Of a stretch of 64,000 nucleotides of DNA, positions 1-10,126 are shown one piece after another. The position numbers and the translations under genes were made by a program. The stretch comes from Bdellovibrionota bacterium (lineage in GTDB: Bacteria > Bdellovibrionota_G > JALEGL01 > DATDPG01). The DNA lies in contig OY764265.1 of NCBI GenBank assembly GCA_963668355.1, positions 2,112,001-2,176,000 of the forward strand, written 5' to 3'. The stretch's first letter is position 1. Each line of letters starts with the position of its first letter. The notes beneath the pieces are model-generated. The model was not told where the DNA came from, ran no database searches, and saw only the letters and a list, made by a program, of their open reading frames with translations.

Positions 1-799
1 CCTGCATTTCTCCTTTGAACTCGTCGCGTTCTCCTAGCTCCTTCTGAATCGCATTCATCTGCTCATTGAGGTAGTACTCTTTTTGAGTCTTCTCCATTTG
101 CTTCTTAACGCGGGAACGAATGCGCTTTTCAACTTGGAGGACTTCGATTTCGGACTGCATCAATTGAAGAAGCTTATCGAGCCTCTCAGAGGCGTCAGCC
201 AGCTCCAAAATTTCCTGCTTGTTTTTCAGTTTGAGCGTTAAGTGTGCCGCGATGGTGTCAGCTAATCGGGAGGGGTCGTCAATGGAGGAAACCGACATCA
301 ACATTTCAGGAGGGATTTTTTTATTGAGCTTTACATAGGTTTCGAATGTGGAGTGAACGTTTCGCATCAACGATTCGTTCTCGACAGAAACATTTTGAAT
401 CTCTGTGACTTCCTGGGTTTCGCACATGAAAAACTCTTGTTTTGCGTCGTAATTCGTAATTCGTGCGCGCTTTTTTCCTTCTACGAGGAGTTTTACCGTG
501 GAATCCGGAAGTCGAAGGAGCTGAACGATGGTTCCTAAGGTTCCCACTTCGTAAATGTCTTCGGGGGTGGGGTCGTTGGTTTTTGCATGTTTTTGAGCCA
601 CCAAGAGAAGGTCTTTGTCATGGGCCATGGCATATTCCAGAGCCGCAACGGATTTCTTTCGACCGACATAGAGAGGAACAACCATATGAGGAAAAACGAT
701 GATGTCTCTAAGGGGAAGTAGGGGGATTTTTCGCTTTCCGCCCGCCACAGTTTCCACTTTTTTCTTTTCCACTTTCGATTCCGCAGGTTTTTCTGACAT
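1..799 (-). CDS. lon: ATP-dependent protease La (Lon), N-terminal part; runs off the window edge
   Basis: Manual translation from ATG 799: MSEKPAES...[27 protein letters not shown]...[27 protein letters not shown]; lies downstream of clpX. Confidence 0.95.
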   Translation of the reverse strand, partial: MSEKPAESKVEKKKVETVAGGKRKIPLLPLRDIIVFPHMVVPLYVGRKKSVAALEYAMAHDKDLLLVAQKHAKTNDPTPEDIYEVGTLGTIVQLLRLPDSTVKLLVEGKKRARITNYDAKQEFFMCETQEVTEIQNVSVENESLMRNVHSTFETYVKLNKKIPPEMLMSVSSIDDPSRLADTIAAHLTLKLKNKQEILELADASERLDKLLQLMQSEIEVLQVEKRIRSRVKKQMEKTQKEYYLNEQMNAIQKELGERDEFKGEMQ

Positions 800-889
800 C
801 TATTCCGTCCTTCCACAGGTTTCTGGTATCTGGGTCACCCTATTACATAGGGTCTCTTTTCAAAAGTACAAGGGGGTGTGGCCAAAAAA

Positions 890-2143
890 TTAAGCGGATT
901 CGGCCTCTCTCTGGTACACGATGATCGGTTTTTCCTTGTGGATCACCACTTCCTCGGAGATGACGCATTCCTCAATATTGTCCTTCGAGGGGATTTCATA
1001 CATCAATTCCAACATGATGGACTCCAAGATGGAGCGAAGGCCACGGGCTCCAGATTTTCGGGATAGGGCCTCTTTGGAGATGGCCGCAAGGGCCCCCTTG
1101 GTGAATTTTAGCTTCACGTTTTCGAACTCAAACAATAATTGATATTGGCGAGTGAGGGCGTTTTTCGGCTTCGTTAGAATTTCCATCAATGCCGACTCAT
1201 CCAGTTCATGCAAAGAAGCGATCACGGGAAGACGACCAATGAATTCCGGAATCAAGCCGAATTGAAGGAGATCTTGAGGTTGAGTTTCCAGGAGAAGCTC
1301 GCCGATCTTCTTTTCATGGACATTTCGAACCTTGGCACCAAATCCGATGTTCTTTTCATTGGTACGTTGTTCGATGATCTTGTCCAGGCCCACAAAAGCT
1401 CCGCCACAAATGAACAAGATGTTATTGGTATCGACTTGGAGAAACTCTTGTTGGGGATGTTTGCGTCCGCCTTTAGGGGGAACATTCGCCATCGTTCCTT
1501 CAATGATTTTCAGAAGGGCTTGTTGAACCCCTTCTCCAGATACGTCTCGAGTGATTGAGGGGTTATCTGATTTTCGAGAAATCTTGTCGATTTCATCGAT
1601 GTAAACGATTCCACGCTGCGCACGTTCCACATCATAGTCGGCGTTCTGCAATAAATTTAGAATGATGTTCTCTACGTCTTCTCCGACATAGCCGGCTTCT
1701 GTCAGTGTGGTTGCGTCAACAATGGTAAAGGGCACATTGAGAATTTTGGCCAAGGTTTGGGCCAAGAGCGTTTTCCCTGTTCCCGTGGGGCCCAACAGAA
1801 GAATGTTGGCTTTTTGCAGCTCAACCTCTCCGGCGGCTTGCTTGGATTGAATTCGCTTGTAGTGGTTGTACACCGCGACCGAAAGGATCTTTTTCGCCTT
1901 TTCTTGACCGATGACGTACTCATCCAAAATCTCTTTGATTTCCATGGGCTTTGGAATTCGAGCGCGCCCCGTGTACGTTTCTTCTCGTTCACTTTCCTCG
2001 GCAATGATGTCATTGCAGAGTTCAATGCACTCATCACAGATGTATACGGTTGGACCGGCAATCAGTTTTTTTACTTCTTTCTGACTCTTGCCACAGAAAG
2101 AACAAGAAAGATTGTTGGTTCCTTCGTTTCCTTTTCGATTCAT
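890..2143 (-). CDS. clpX: ATP-dependent Clp protease ATP-binding subunit ClpX
   Basis: Zn finger CSFC...CDEC, Walker [22 protein letters not shown] loop. Confidence 0.98.
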   Translation of the reverse strand: MNRKGNEGTNNLSCSFCGKSQKEVKKLIAGPTVYICDECIELCNDIIAEESEREETYTGRARIPKPMEIKEILDEYVIGQEKAKKILSVAVYNHYKRIQSKQAAGEVELQKANILLLGPTGTGKTLLAQTLAKILNVPFTIVDATTLTEAGYVGEDVENIILNLLQNADYDVERAQRGIVYIDEIDKISRKSDNPSITRDVSGEGVQQALLKIIEGTMANVPPKGGRKHPQQEFLQVDTNNILFICGGAFVGLDKIIEQRTNEKNIGFGAKVRNVHEKKIGELLLETQPQDLLQFGLIPEFIGRLPVIASLHELDESALMEILTKPKNALTRQYQLLFEFENVKLKFTKGALAAISKEALSRKSGARGLRSILESIMLELMYEIPSKDNIEECVISEEVVIHKEKPIIVYQREAESA

Positions 2144-2760
2144 TATTTTTCGGCTCCAGAAGTCGGTCTTGGATTCATGACTATTGTATCAACGATTCCA
2201 TATTCTTTGGCATCATTTGCACGCATATAATAGTCCCGATCCGTGTCTTTCTGAATCTTTTCAAGGGGTTGGCCCGTTCTTTGGGCCAAAATTTCATTGA
2301 TTTCTTCTCGGATGGCTAGGATTTCTCGGGCTTGAATATCAATGTCGGAGGCCTGTCCTCGAAATCCGCCCAAGGGTTGATGAATCATGATGCGAGAGTG
2401 AGGGAGAGCTCCTCGTTTGCCTTTCTCTCCTGAGGCCAACAATACAGCTGCCATGGATGCGGCCATGCCTACGCAAAAGGTCGAAATGGGGCATCGGACA
2501 TGTTGGATGGTGTCGAAAATGGCCAAGCCAGCATACACAGATCCCCCGGGGGAGTTGATGTAGATATTGATGTCTTTTTCGGGATCTTCGGATTCCAAGT
2601 ATAGAAGCTGGGCGATCATCAGATTGGCAATGTCATCATTGATGGGCGAGCCGAGAAACATGATTCGGTCTTTCAGAAGGCGGCTGTAGATATCGTAGGC
2701 TCGCTCCCCGCGATGCGTTTGCTCGACGACCATGGGGATCAAATTCATTTCAGTGCTCAT
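2143..2760 (-). CDS. clpP: ATP-dependent Clp protease proteolytic subunit
   Basis: [21 protein letters not shown] (Ser), IHQP (His), DRD (Asp). Confidence 0.98.
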   Translation of the reverse strand: MSTEMNLIPMVVEQTHRGERAYDIYSRLLKDRIMFLGSPINDDIANLMIAQLLYLESEDPEKDINIYINSPGGSVYAGLAIFDTIQHVRCPISTFCVGMAASMAAVLLASGEKGKRGALPHSRIMIHQPLGGFRGQASDIDIQAREILAIREEINEILAQRTGQPLEKIQKDTDRDYYMRANDAKEYGIVDTIVMNPRPTSGAEK

Positions 2761-2837
2761 GTGAATTTCCTTCGTGTTTTTTTGAAAAAAACGCGCGCAC
2801 GTTTCGCCACGTCTTTTAAAAAAGTCTTGAATTCCAG

Positions 2838-4118
2838 TTACTTAATAGTAGCTTCGGCCAAAAGGAAATCAAGCGTTTTCTGCGTGAGCATTTGGAAGTG
2901 TAAGTTTTCGATTTGGTTGTTTTTTTCCAAATAGGCTCGGTATTCCGCGAAAGGCGCTTTGGCTTGTCCAGCCATTTCTTTGATGCGCTCATTGATTTCT
3001 TCCGGAGCGACTTCCAAACCTTCTTTTTTGGCAATGGCTTCCATGATGAGTTGATCATGAACCCGCAATTCTGCTTCGGGTTTCATTCGTTCTCGAAGCT
3101 TCTTCTCCGAATATTCTTCGGGGATTTCCTTCATACCGGCCTGTTCCAGTTGCCGCCACAAGTTGTACATCATGGAGAGGAGTTCTCGCTCCACCAAAGA
3201 CTCAGGAAACTCAACGGGATTCTTTTTTCGGAGTTCTTCAAGTGCATTCGTTGCCATGTCCACGCGGTTCTTTTGCTTTAGCTCTTCCTTGAGATCATTC
3301 CGGGCGCGTTCTTTGAGCGCATCGAGATTCTCAAAAGGGCCAACAGACTTAGCAAATTCGTCGTCGATTTTGGGCAAGACTTTTTCTTTGATGGCCTTGA
3401 GGCAAATTCGAAAATGGAGATCTTTGGCTTTTTCTTTCTTGTCCTGTGTTTTGGGCGTGATGGTGACGGCCTTTTCTTCGTCCACTTTCATTTTACTCAA
3501 AGCTTTTTCCATCTGTTCTTGAAGGATTTCTCCTCCCATTTCGTAGAGTCTTTCTTGTGGCTCTTGATCTGGGTGCGTGAGATTTCCTTCTTCGTCCAAA
3601 CCTTGGATCGTGACGGAGACAAAATCTCCCTTTGCGGGAGTTTCAACGCCTTCGCGTTCTTGGAGGATGCCTTGCTCATTTTGCAAGCGCTCCAAAACTT
3701 CGTTCACCTGCTTTTCCGTGATTTTGTCGGAGGTTTTTTTGAGCTTAATGCCTTTGTAATCTTTGGGTTCGAATTGAGGTTTGACTTCAATCGAAGCTGT
3801 GTAGGTCAATCCTTTTCCCTTGTCGTGTTTGTGTTCGGTGATGCGAGGTTGGGCGACGGGCTCCAATTCATTGTCTTGAAAGGCTTTCACCATGGAGTCC
3901 CGAATCAAACTTTCAAAGACCTCGGACTCAACCGCCGTGTGAAATCGCTTTTCCAATACGTTTCGAGGGACTTTTCCTTTTCGAAATCCTGGGATTTGGG
4001 CTTTTTTTGCCAAATCGCGATAGGCCTGGTCAAACTCGGACGAAACTTGTTCTTCCGGAATGGCCACAGAGAGAGTTTTCTTCACCGATGATTCTGATTT
4101 TACGTCAACCTTCAACAT
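2838..4118 (-). CDS. tig: Trigger factor
   Basis: [10 protein letters not shown] ribosome-binding motif, 426 aa, tig-clpP-clpX-lon order. Confidence 0.95.
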   Translation of the reverse strand: MLKVDVKSESSVKKTLSVAIPEEQVSSEFDQAYRDLAKKAQIPGFRKGKVPRNVLEKRFHTAVESEVFESLIRDSMVKAFQDNELEPVAQPRITEHKHDKGKGLTYTASIEVKPQFEPKDYKGIKLKKTSDKITEKQVNEVLERLQNEQGILQEREGVETPAKGDFVSVTIQGLDEEGNLTHPDQEPQERLYEMGGEILQEQMEKALSKMKVDEEKAVTITPKTQDKKEKAKDLHFRICLKAIKEKVLPKIDDEFAKSVGPFENLDALKERARNDLKEELKQKNRVDMATNALEELRKKNPVEFPESLVERELLSMMYNLWRQLEQAGMKEIPEEYSEKKLRERMKPEAELRVHDQLIMEAIAKKEGLEVAPEEINERIKEMAGQAKAPFAEYRAYLEKNNQIENLHFQMLTQKTLDFLLAEATIK

Positions 4119-4396
4119 AGCTGGGGGCTTCTACACGAGACTGGGAAAGGAGTCTATAGGTGAAGATGGTGAGAATCGAAAAAGCTTGCCAGACCCTGGA
4201 TTTTCAGTTTTTATCCCGCGGTTTTTGAGTCTACCTGGGATTTCCCTGAGGTACGCACAAAGTACAGGGCTGCTCAAGATCGGGCGTTCTTGGAAATCTG
4301 ACCTAGATCAGAGGGGTGGATCAAAAACAAACAAAAACAACGAGTTAAATTTTGTTGAGGAGGGGCAAGCTTCGGCACGGAGATTGCTCTTTTTTT

Positions 4397-4807
4397 ATGG
4401 CGATGAGAACGAAAGAACCCAGATCCCCCCGCGTGAATCACGGCGGCGCTGTGGCGTTCAAGGCCCGAAATCAGCATAATGATCGAGGCCTTGTGAAAAA
4501 CGTGAGTGAAAGCGGGGCTTTGCTCATCTCGCAAAGCAAGTACCTGGAAGGAACAGATCTGGTGGTGTATCTGCCTTTAAATTTGGGAAGTCGCAAAACG
4601 CTTTGCATGGCTTCTGGAAAAATTGTTCGGATTCAAGGAGATCTGCGCAGTGCTCGGGCGTTGGCCTATGGTGTGAAATTCGATGAAGATCTGTCCAATT
4701 CTTCCCGGCAGCTATTGAAAGATTATGTGGCCTTTAAAAAAGACGGAAAAATCGCCGAAAAGGCCGAGAAAAAATCTCCCCGCCGTCTTTCCCCCTTTCG
4801 AGACTAA
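4397..4807 (+). CDS. PilZ-domain (putative c-di-GMP binding) protein
   Basis: N-terminal PRSPRV and NVSESG (N/DxSxxG) motifs, GKIVR...YGVKF beta strands; ATG 4397 preferred as start. Confidence 0.75.
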   Translation: MAMRTKEPRSPRVNHGGAVAFKARNQHNDRGLVKNVSESGALLISQSKYLEGTDLVVYLPLNLGSRKTLCMASGKIVRIQGDLRSARALAYGVKFDEDLSNSSRQLLKDYVAFKKDGKIAEKAEKKSPRRLSPFRD

Positions 4808-4920
4808 ATTCCCTCCCTTAAATCTTCTCAAGATTTCCCCCGTGGGGATTGCAAAGAACGACGCGCCGTGTTAAACGGCCCCCGTTTTTTGAGAAACTCT
4901 ATCCATTTTGAGGCCTAGAT

Positions 4921-6888
4921 ATGAAGATCCGTATGAAGATTCGCCTTGTGTCCGCTTTTGTAGCGTGGGTATTCGCATTCACGACGACATTCCTCTCTTT
5001 TCCCGCATACGCGTTTGAAGATGGAAGTGCCGCGAGAGAGATTGTGGAAACCGCGGGTCAAACGCGACAGCTTTGGCGTCCCATTTTGATTCAGGGGCGT
5101 CAGACCCTCCAAGATCCAGCCACACAAGAAATGCTGACAACCTCTCCGAGTTGGGTGGCCTATGCACAGAACGCTGCAGGTCAATTTCAACCGGTGGGTC
5201 GAATTCTTCGAAATGTGGGAGCTTGCGGCACAGGTATAGGCAGTGGACTTAGTTTAGGCGCTGCGGCTGCGGGCGTGAGTTTGGGAACCGTGTTGGCCGC
5301 TGGCTATGTTGTACTCTTAGGTGGCGTCGCAATCATTGGGATTGCCGGATGGGATGACGAGGTTGCTCAGTGGATTTCGGAGAAAACGGGCTGGGATTTG
5401 ACGGATGCGGAAGTGTTTCCCTCAAGCAATGTCTGTTTGATTCCGGGCCCTTATTATAATCCTGGTGTGGCGTATGCCGATGCCACATCCGTTTATACAG
5501 AACCATCGACGGTCATTTGGACAGGGACCCATCCTCCTTCAGAGTGGAATCTGGAGGAATTGGAAGAAGGGATTGCCGGTACGACGGATGATCCTGATTT
5601 TGCACGTCGATTGTATGAGTGGGTTCAAAAGAGGTTTCGACGCATTCGAAGCGTACAGGTCGCCCCCAGATTTGTGGCCCTTGATGATGCCGCCGGTTCA
5701 TCCAGATCCCCTCGTGGAGTTTCCGCCGACCGAAAGAAAAGAGATAAAAACCCTGAAGCTTTGGATGACGAAGAAATCGAACAATTGCTGAGCGTGGATC
5801 CGGACCAGGTAACCCGTGTTCTCTTGTCCGAATTGCCTCCCGCCCTTTTCGAGGAAGAACTCTTGGTGATGGATGGGGGCGATTTGTTTCCTGCAGAAGA
5901 TTTAAACGACGCCCAAAACGGTTTGGTGCATGACATCACGGCGCTGATCTCTTCGGGTCAGTGGGTCAAGGCTGCCGAATTGATTGAAGGCTTGGGAGAA
6001 TTGGGAAAAGACCCAGATGAGGATGCCTTAGATGGCGTCTCTACCGATGAACTGGGCTTGATGGACGTAGACCCAGAGACGGATTTTGACGAAGGAAAGG
6101 ACACCGACATTTCGCCTGAAGAAGCGGCCGAAATGGTGGTGGCCATGCTTCCTGAACCCTTGCGCTTGGCTTTCGCCGAGATCCTTGAACAAATGTCTGT
6201 GGTTTCGGATTTTCGATCCTTTCCGGATCAAATGCGAAGGGATGTTTTTAAGCGGGTGATGGATTCTTTCGTGTTTGCCGGGCTTGATCCTGAAAACTTT
6301 ATCGATTTTTGGAACAATCTCATTGCTTGGAGTGGGGGAACTTATGGGGACTCTTCTCGAGTGATGCTTCGACGTGTCCAGGAATTGGCCCAGGCACTTT
6401 TAAGAGAAGAAAGTCAACAGAGCATGCTGGGACTCTTATTGACCATGGCGATCACCCTCGAGTTTGTAGATAGCTGGGAGCGATATCGAAGTTCGGCCGA
6501 TAAAGAATCCGGGGAGGATTTCGAAACCATTGCGGCATTGATCATCACGGCCGTGTATGACCTGTTCCCAGATCAAAAAAATGTGTTGGATGCCTTGGTG
6601 TCGACCCATGAAAATAAGAAACGAAGTGACTTGGAAATTATTTCGGAAGAAATGGCTCGGGTCATTCAGGCGCATGCCACAGAGGTGATCGAAGGGACAA
6701 ACGGTTTGCCCAAAGAGATTGCTTACGCTCGCGAGGCCATCATTGAAAAACTTGCCAAGCTAAGTGGTTTGCCAAAAACCAAAACGACACGAATCTATGA
6801 TCGCGTGTTGGAGGATGTCCTTCATTTTGATCGAGATCCCTTGGGGTTTCATCATTCCTTACCCACCCGAACCGATCTTAAAGATTAA
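4921..6888 (+). CDS. Hypothetical exported or membrane protein, 655 aa, acidic
   Basis: Long ORF; signal peptide ending PAYA; Gly/Ala-rich hydrophobic segment at about aa 105-143; no family recognised. Confidence 0.7.
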   Translation: MKIRMKIRLVSAFVAWVFAFTTTFLSFPAYAFEDGSAAREIVETAGQTRQLWRPILIQGRQTLQDPATQEMLTTSPSWVAYAQNAAGQFQPVGRILRNVGACGTGIGSGLSLGAAAAGVSLGTVLAAGYVVLLGGVAIIGIAGWDDEVAQWISEKTGWDLTDAEVFPSSNVCLIPGPYYNPGVAYADATSVYTEPSTVIWTGTHPPSEWNLEELEEGIAGTTDDPDFARRLYEWVQKRFRRIRSVQVAPRFVALDDAAGSSRSPRGVSADRKKRDKNPEALDDEEIEQLLSVDPDQVTRVLLSELPPALFEEELLVMDGGDLFPAEDLNDAQNGLVHDITALISSGQWVKAAELIEGLGELGKDPDEDALDGVSTDELGLMDVDPETDFDEGKDTDISPEEAAEMVVAMLPEPLRLAFAEILEQMSVVSDFRSFPDQMRRDVFKRVMDSFVFAGLDPENFIDFWNNLIAWSGGTYGDSSRVMLRRVQELAQALLREESQQSMLGLLLTMAITLEFVDSWERYRSSADKESGEDFETIAALIITAVYDLFPDQKNVLDALVSTHENKKRSDLEIISEEMARVIQAHATEVIEGTNGLPKEIAYAREAIIEKLAKLSGLPKTKTTRIYDRVLEDVLHFDRDPLGFHHSLPTRTDLKD

Positions 6889-7099
6889 AGGGACTCTCAC
6901 CGGTGATCGAGTGAAACGCGAGCTTTGCTCGCGTTTTGCGAAGGGGGTGTCGGGGACAAAACCGTTTTTCCTTGAAACGCATGGTCCTTGACTGAGGTAA
7001 ATAAGAATTGAGTGAAAGGACGGCTTTGCCGGACTTTTGCGACGGGATCATTAAGGGGCCCGCCGCTTTAACACATAAGGTGGACCCCTTAATAAAAAA

Positions 7100-7186
7100 T
7101 GGTGCCGACGGAGGGACTCGAACCCCCACAGGATTGCTCCCAACAGGTCCTAAGCCTGTCGTGTCTACCAATTCCACCACGTCGGC
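7100..7186 (-). tRNA. tRNA-Leu(TAG)
   Basis: Reverse complement GCCGACGTGGTGGAATTGGTAGACACG-ACAGG CT TAG GA CCTGT-long variable arm-GGTTCGAGTCC-CGTCGGC ACCA. Confidence 0.95.
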
Positions 7187-7254
7187 CAAGCGAAGTAGTA
7201 CTAAAGCGTTTCTCGGGCCAATTCAAGCACAAAGAACGACCAAAAGTGAACGTT

Positions 7255-7707
7255 TCACTTTTGGTCGGTTTGGAGGGAGAGGAGTTCTTCGATGGTCGTG
7301 GCCGGGACGATGTGATCCGTATGAACTCCCGGGCAATCTCTTTTGATCTCGTGGTTCCAGACCTTTTCATTCATGTTTTCCGGCCAAAAAGGAAATGTGC
7401 GGCATTGGACGGGACGGGCCTCGTAGATTTGACACCGCCCGTTTTTCCCCAAAAAAATACAGGCTTCTCCTTTGTCCTTTAAGACGACATCGGAAACATC
7501 TTCTCGTGTGTAAGCCCGAAGAAAGTCTTCTTCAGGGAGTTCCAGGAAATTCGCCAGGTTGGAGATGTCTTTTGGCGTCAAGAAGACAAAGTCGTATCCG
7601 CTGTGGTTGGAGCAACACTCCCCACAAGCGGTACAACAAAAGGGCAGACCCTGGGCGTAAAAACTCGATTTATTCAGAGTTTTTTGGGTCTTCTTGGTTT
7701 CGGCCAC
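7255..7707 (-). CDS. YkgJ family Fe-S/Zn cysteine-cluster protein
   Basis: CTACGECC...CIFL...CQIYEARPVQCRTFPF; start uncertain (GTG 7707 chosen). Confidence 0.8.
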   Translation of the reverse strand: MAETKKTQKTLNKSSFYAQGLPFCCTACGECCSNHSGYDFVFLTPKDISNLANFLELPEEDFLRAYTREDVSDVVLKDKGEACIFLGKNGRCQIYEARPVQCRTFPFWPENMNEKVWNHEIKRDCPGVHTDHIVPATTIEELLSLQTDQK

Positions 7708-7969
7708 AACAACCACAGGTGAGAACTTTATTGTAGATCCAGGCGAACAGAAGTCCCCCAATGGCGCCATCGACAAATCCGTAAACCACTCCGATGGCGA
7801 GGTCCTTGAGGCCATAAACCCCCCAAAATCCTGGATACAGAGAGGCAACTGTTTTTAAAAATCCCCAGCCGTAGGTAGGGGCAAAGCGGTTGAAGACGCC
7901 AACCACCAAAATGAAGCCTGCCCAAATCAAAGCACACGAAATCATGGTTGCTCGAACTGAAAGTTTCAT
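7670..7969 (-). CDS. Small two-TM membrane protein
   Basis: Two hydrophobic segments, YPG and GFVDGAIGGLLFAWIYN pattern; ATG 7969. Confidence 0.7.
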   Translation of the reverse strand: MKLSVRATMISCALIWAGFILVVGVFNRFAPTYGWGFLKTVASLYPGFWGVYGLKDLAIGVVYGFVDGAIGGLLFAWIYNKVLTCGCCGRNQEDPKNSE

Positions 7970-8069
7970 AGACCCATTTTCCATCTTTTCCCGCTGGGAG
8001 GCAAAGAAAGAAGTGGCTTGGGGCTGACACAAAGCCTTAAATTGTGTAAGACAGCACCATCTTCATTGA

Positions 8070-8144
<75 letters not shown>

Positions 8145-8189
8145 TTTTTAAATAAAAAAGATTAGACGAGAAGGTAGGAAAATAAAAAA

Positions 8190-9239
8190 ATGAGCATGAA
8201 TAAGATTGTTGAATTACTCGGTGAAGATAAGGCGTTACTTGATTATCAATGTAAGGGAATCAAACGCGAACACTTGCATCTTCCGGGACCTGACTTTGTA
8301 GACCGAACGTGGATTCAGTCTGATCGATCTGTAAATGTTCTTAAGAATATGGGATGGATGTTTGAGAAAGGACGTTTGGGCGGAACGGGTTATCTTTCCA
8401 TTCTTCCTGTTGATCAAGGCATTGAACATTCCGCAGGAGCCTCCTTTGCCCCGAATCCCATTTATTTCGATCCCTCCAATATTGTGGAGTTGGCGATTGA
8501 AGGTGGGTGTAATGCTGTGGCTTCGACGTTTGGTGTTTTGGGATCAGTTGCACGAAAGTACGCACACAAGATTCCCTTCATTCTGAAAATGAACCACAAC
8601 GAATTTTTAAGCTACCCCAATGGTTATGATCAGATTCCTTTTGCCAATGTAGAAAAGGCGTTTGATTTGGGAGCAGCTGGAATTGGAGCCACGATCTATT
8701 TTGGTTCGGAAGAATCCAAGCGTCAGATCATTGAAGTGAGTGAAATGTTTTCTCATGCGCATGACTTGGGAATGTTCACCGTTCTTTGGTGTTACTTGAG
8801 GAACTCCGAATTTAAAAAGGATAAGGACTACCATGTGTCGGCGGACTTGACCGGGCAGGCGAATCACCTTGGCGTGACCATTGAAGCGGACATCATTAAA
8901 CAAAAGCTTCCAGAGAACAATGGCGGATACAATGCCCTTAAGTTTGGAAAAACGCACCCACGGGTCTACAGCGAACTGGCTCCGGACCATCCAATTGAGT
9001 TGACTCGTTATCAAGTGGCCAATTGCTATATGGGACGAGCGGGTTTGATCAATTCCGGTGGAGCGTCTGGATCCAACGACTTGGCAGATGCGGTCAAAAC
9101 GGCCGTCATCAACAAGCGTGCAGGTGGAACCGGCTTAATTTCTGGACGGAAGGCCTTTCAACGACCCATGAAAGAAGGCGTTGAGATTCTCAATGCGATT
9201 CAGGATGTGTATCTCGAGAAAGAGATTACGGTCGCCTAA
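8190..9239 (+). CDS. fbaB: Class I fructose-bisphosphate aldolase (DhnA/FbaB)
   Basis: [20 protein letters not shown] Schiff-base Lys, [10 protein letters not shown]. Confidence 0.95.
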   Translation: MSMNKIVELLGEDKALLDYQCKGIKREHLHLPGPDFVDRTWIQSDRSVNVLKNMGWMFEKGRLGGTGYLSILPVDQGIEHSAGASFAPNPIYFDPSNIVELAIEGGCNAVASTFGVLGSVARKYAHKIPFILKMNHNEFLSYPNGYDQIPFANVEKAFDLGAAGIGATIYFGSEESKRQIIEVSEMFSHAHDLGMFTVLWCYLRNSEFKKDKDYHVSADLTGQANHLGVTIEADIIKQKLPENNGGYNALKFGKTHPRVYSELAPDHPIELTRYQVANCYMGRAGLINSGGASGSNDLADAVKTAVINKRAGGTGLISGRKAFQRPMKEGVEILNAIQDVYLEKEITVA

Positions 9240-9270
9240 CTTTTTTTAGGTTCTAAAGTTCAGTTCCTTT

Positions 9271-9309
9271 AAGGGCTTGAGGGGGAATCCCCTTCAAGCC
9301 CTTGTTTTT
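9271..9309 (+). terminator. Intrinsic terminator after fbaB
   Basis: AAGGGCTTGAGGGGGA / TCCCCTTCAAGCCCTT hairpin followed by GTTTTT. Confidence 0.8.
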
Positions 9310-9415
9310 GAAGGGTGTAAAAGGGGTTGACTCGATGCGTTAAGTTGAATAAAAAGCTTGTCGGTTGCAGAAGGAACTTTTAGTTCTATTCTTTGTAGTT
9401 TGTTGAAATGAGCGG

Positions 9416-10126
9416 ATGGGGATGCAGATGGGTCACTTTATTGAAGAACGAATACGACAAAAACTTGAATCGATGAATATGTCGGTCAGTGAGCTGGCCA
9501 ATCGTGTGAAAGTCAGCCGAGTGGCTCTGTATCATTTGTTCAAGGGAAGGTATTCCCGAGAGATGTTGGAGCGTGTTTCTTCGGTCTTGTCCATTCCGGT
9601 CCATGTTCTTTTGACGCCGCTCGCAGAAACCAATCACCCCGAACACGATCAAAAACTTTTAAGTGCTTATCACGCGGCACCCAAACCTTTGCAGGAGGCT
9701 GTGGATTTTTCATTGGGCATTGCCAAATGCGATGATCGAGAAGGAAAATTTACGGCACTGGTTTTGGATGATTTGGAAGATAATGTGGATTTGCTGGCGA
9801 GGACCTTACGCAAAGAGTTTATCGTTCTTCCCTTTACCGATCCTCATGAAGCTTTGGAGGCGATCGGTAAACACAATGTGGATGTCATCATCACGGATCA
9901 ACGAATGCCCACTTTGACCGGGACGGAGTTTCTTTCCCATGTGGACGAATTTCAAAAGCCCATGGTGAAAATGATCGTTTCTGCTTACTCAGACAATGAG
10001 GCGTTTATGGAGGCCATCAACCGTGCTCATGTGGACGCTTTCATCATTAAGCCGTTTGAGCCTCAAGAGTTGAGACGAAAGCTTCGAGAGATTTTAAAGT
10101 CTCGCGAACCGGCTTTACCGAATTAA
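9416..10126 (+). CDS. XRE-like HTH plus C-terminal receiver domain regulator
   Basis: N-terminal MSVSELANRVKVSRVALYHL HTH; C-terminal REC with VLDD, IITDQRMP, IVSA, IIKP. Confidence 0.8.
   Translation: MGMQMGHFIEERIRQKLESMNMSVSELANRVKVSRVALYHLFKGRYSREMLERVSSVLSIPVHVLLTPLAETNHPEHDQKLLSAYHAAPKPLQEAVDFSLGIAKCDDREGKFTALVLDDLEDNVDLLARTLRKEFIVLPFTDPHEALEAIGKHNVDVIITDQRMPTLTGTEFLSHVDEFQKPMVKMIVSAYSDNEAFMEAINRAHVDAFIIKPFEPQELRRKLREILKSREPALPN

Noticed and set aside
4119..7100. Integrative element at tRNA-Leu
   Set aside because: No integrase and no duplicated tRNA 3' end found by eye; kept only as a possible islet
6878..7482. ORF-track calls overlapping tRNA-Leu
   Set aside because: Spurious translations of the tRNA and its spacer
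7670..7969. Small membrane protein as a phage holin or prophage remnant between two tRNAs
   Set aside because: No endolysin, integrase or other phage genes nearby
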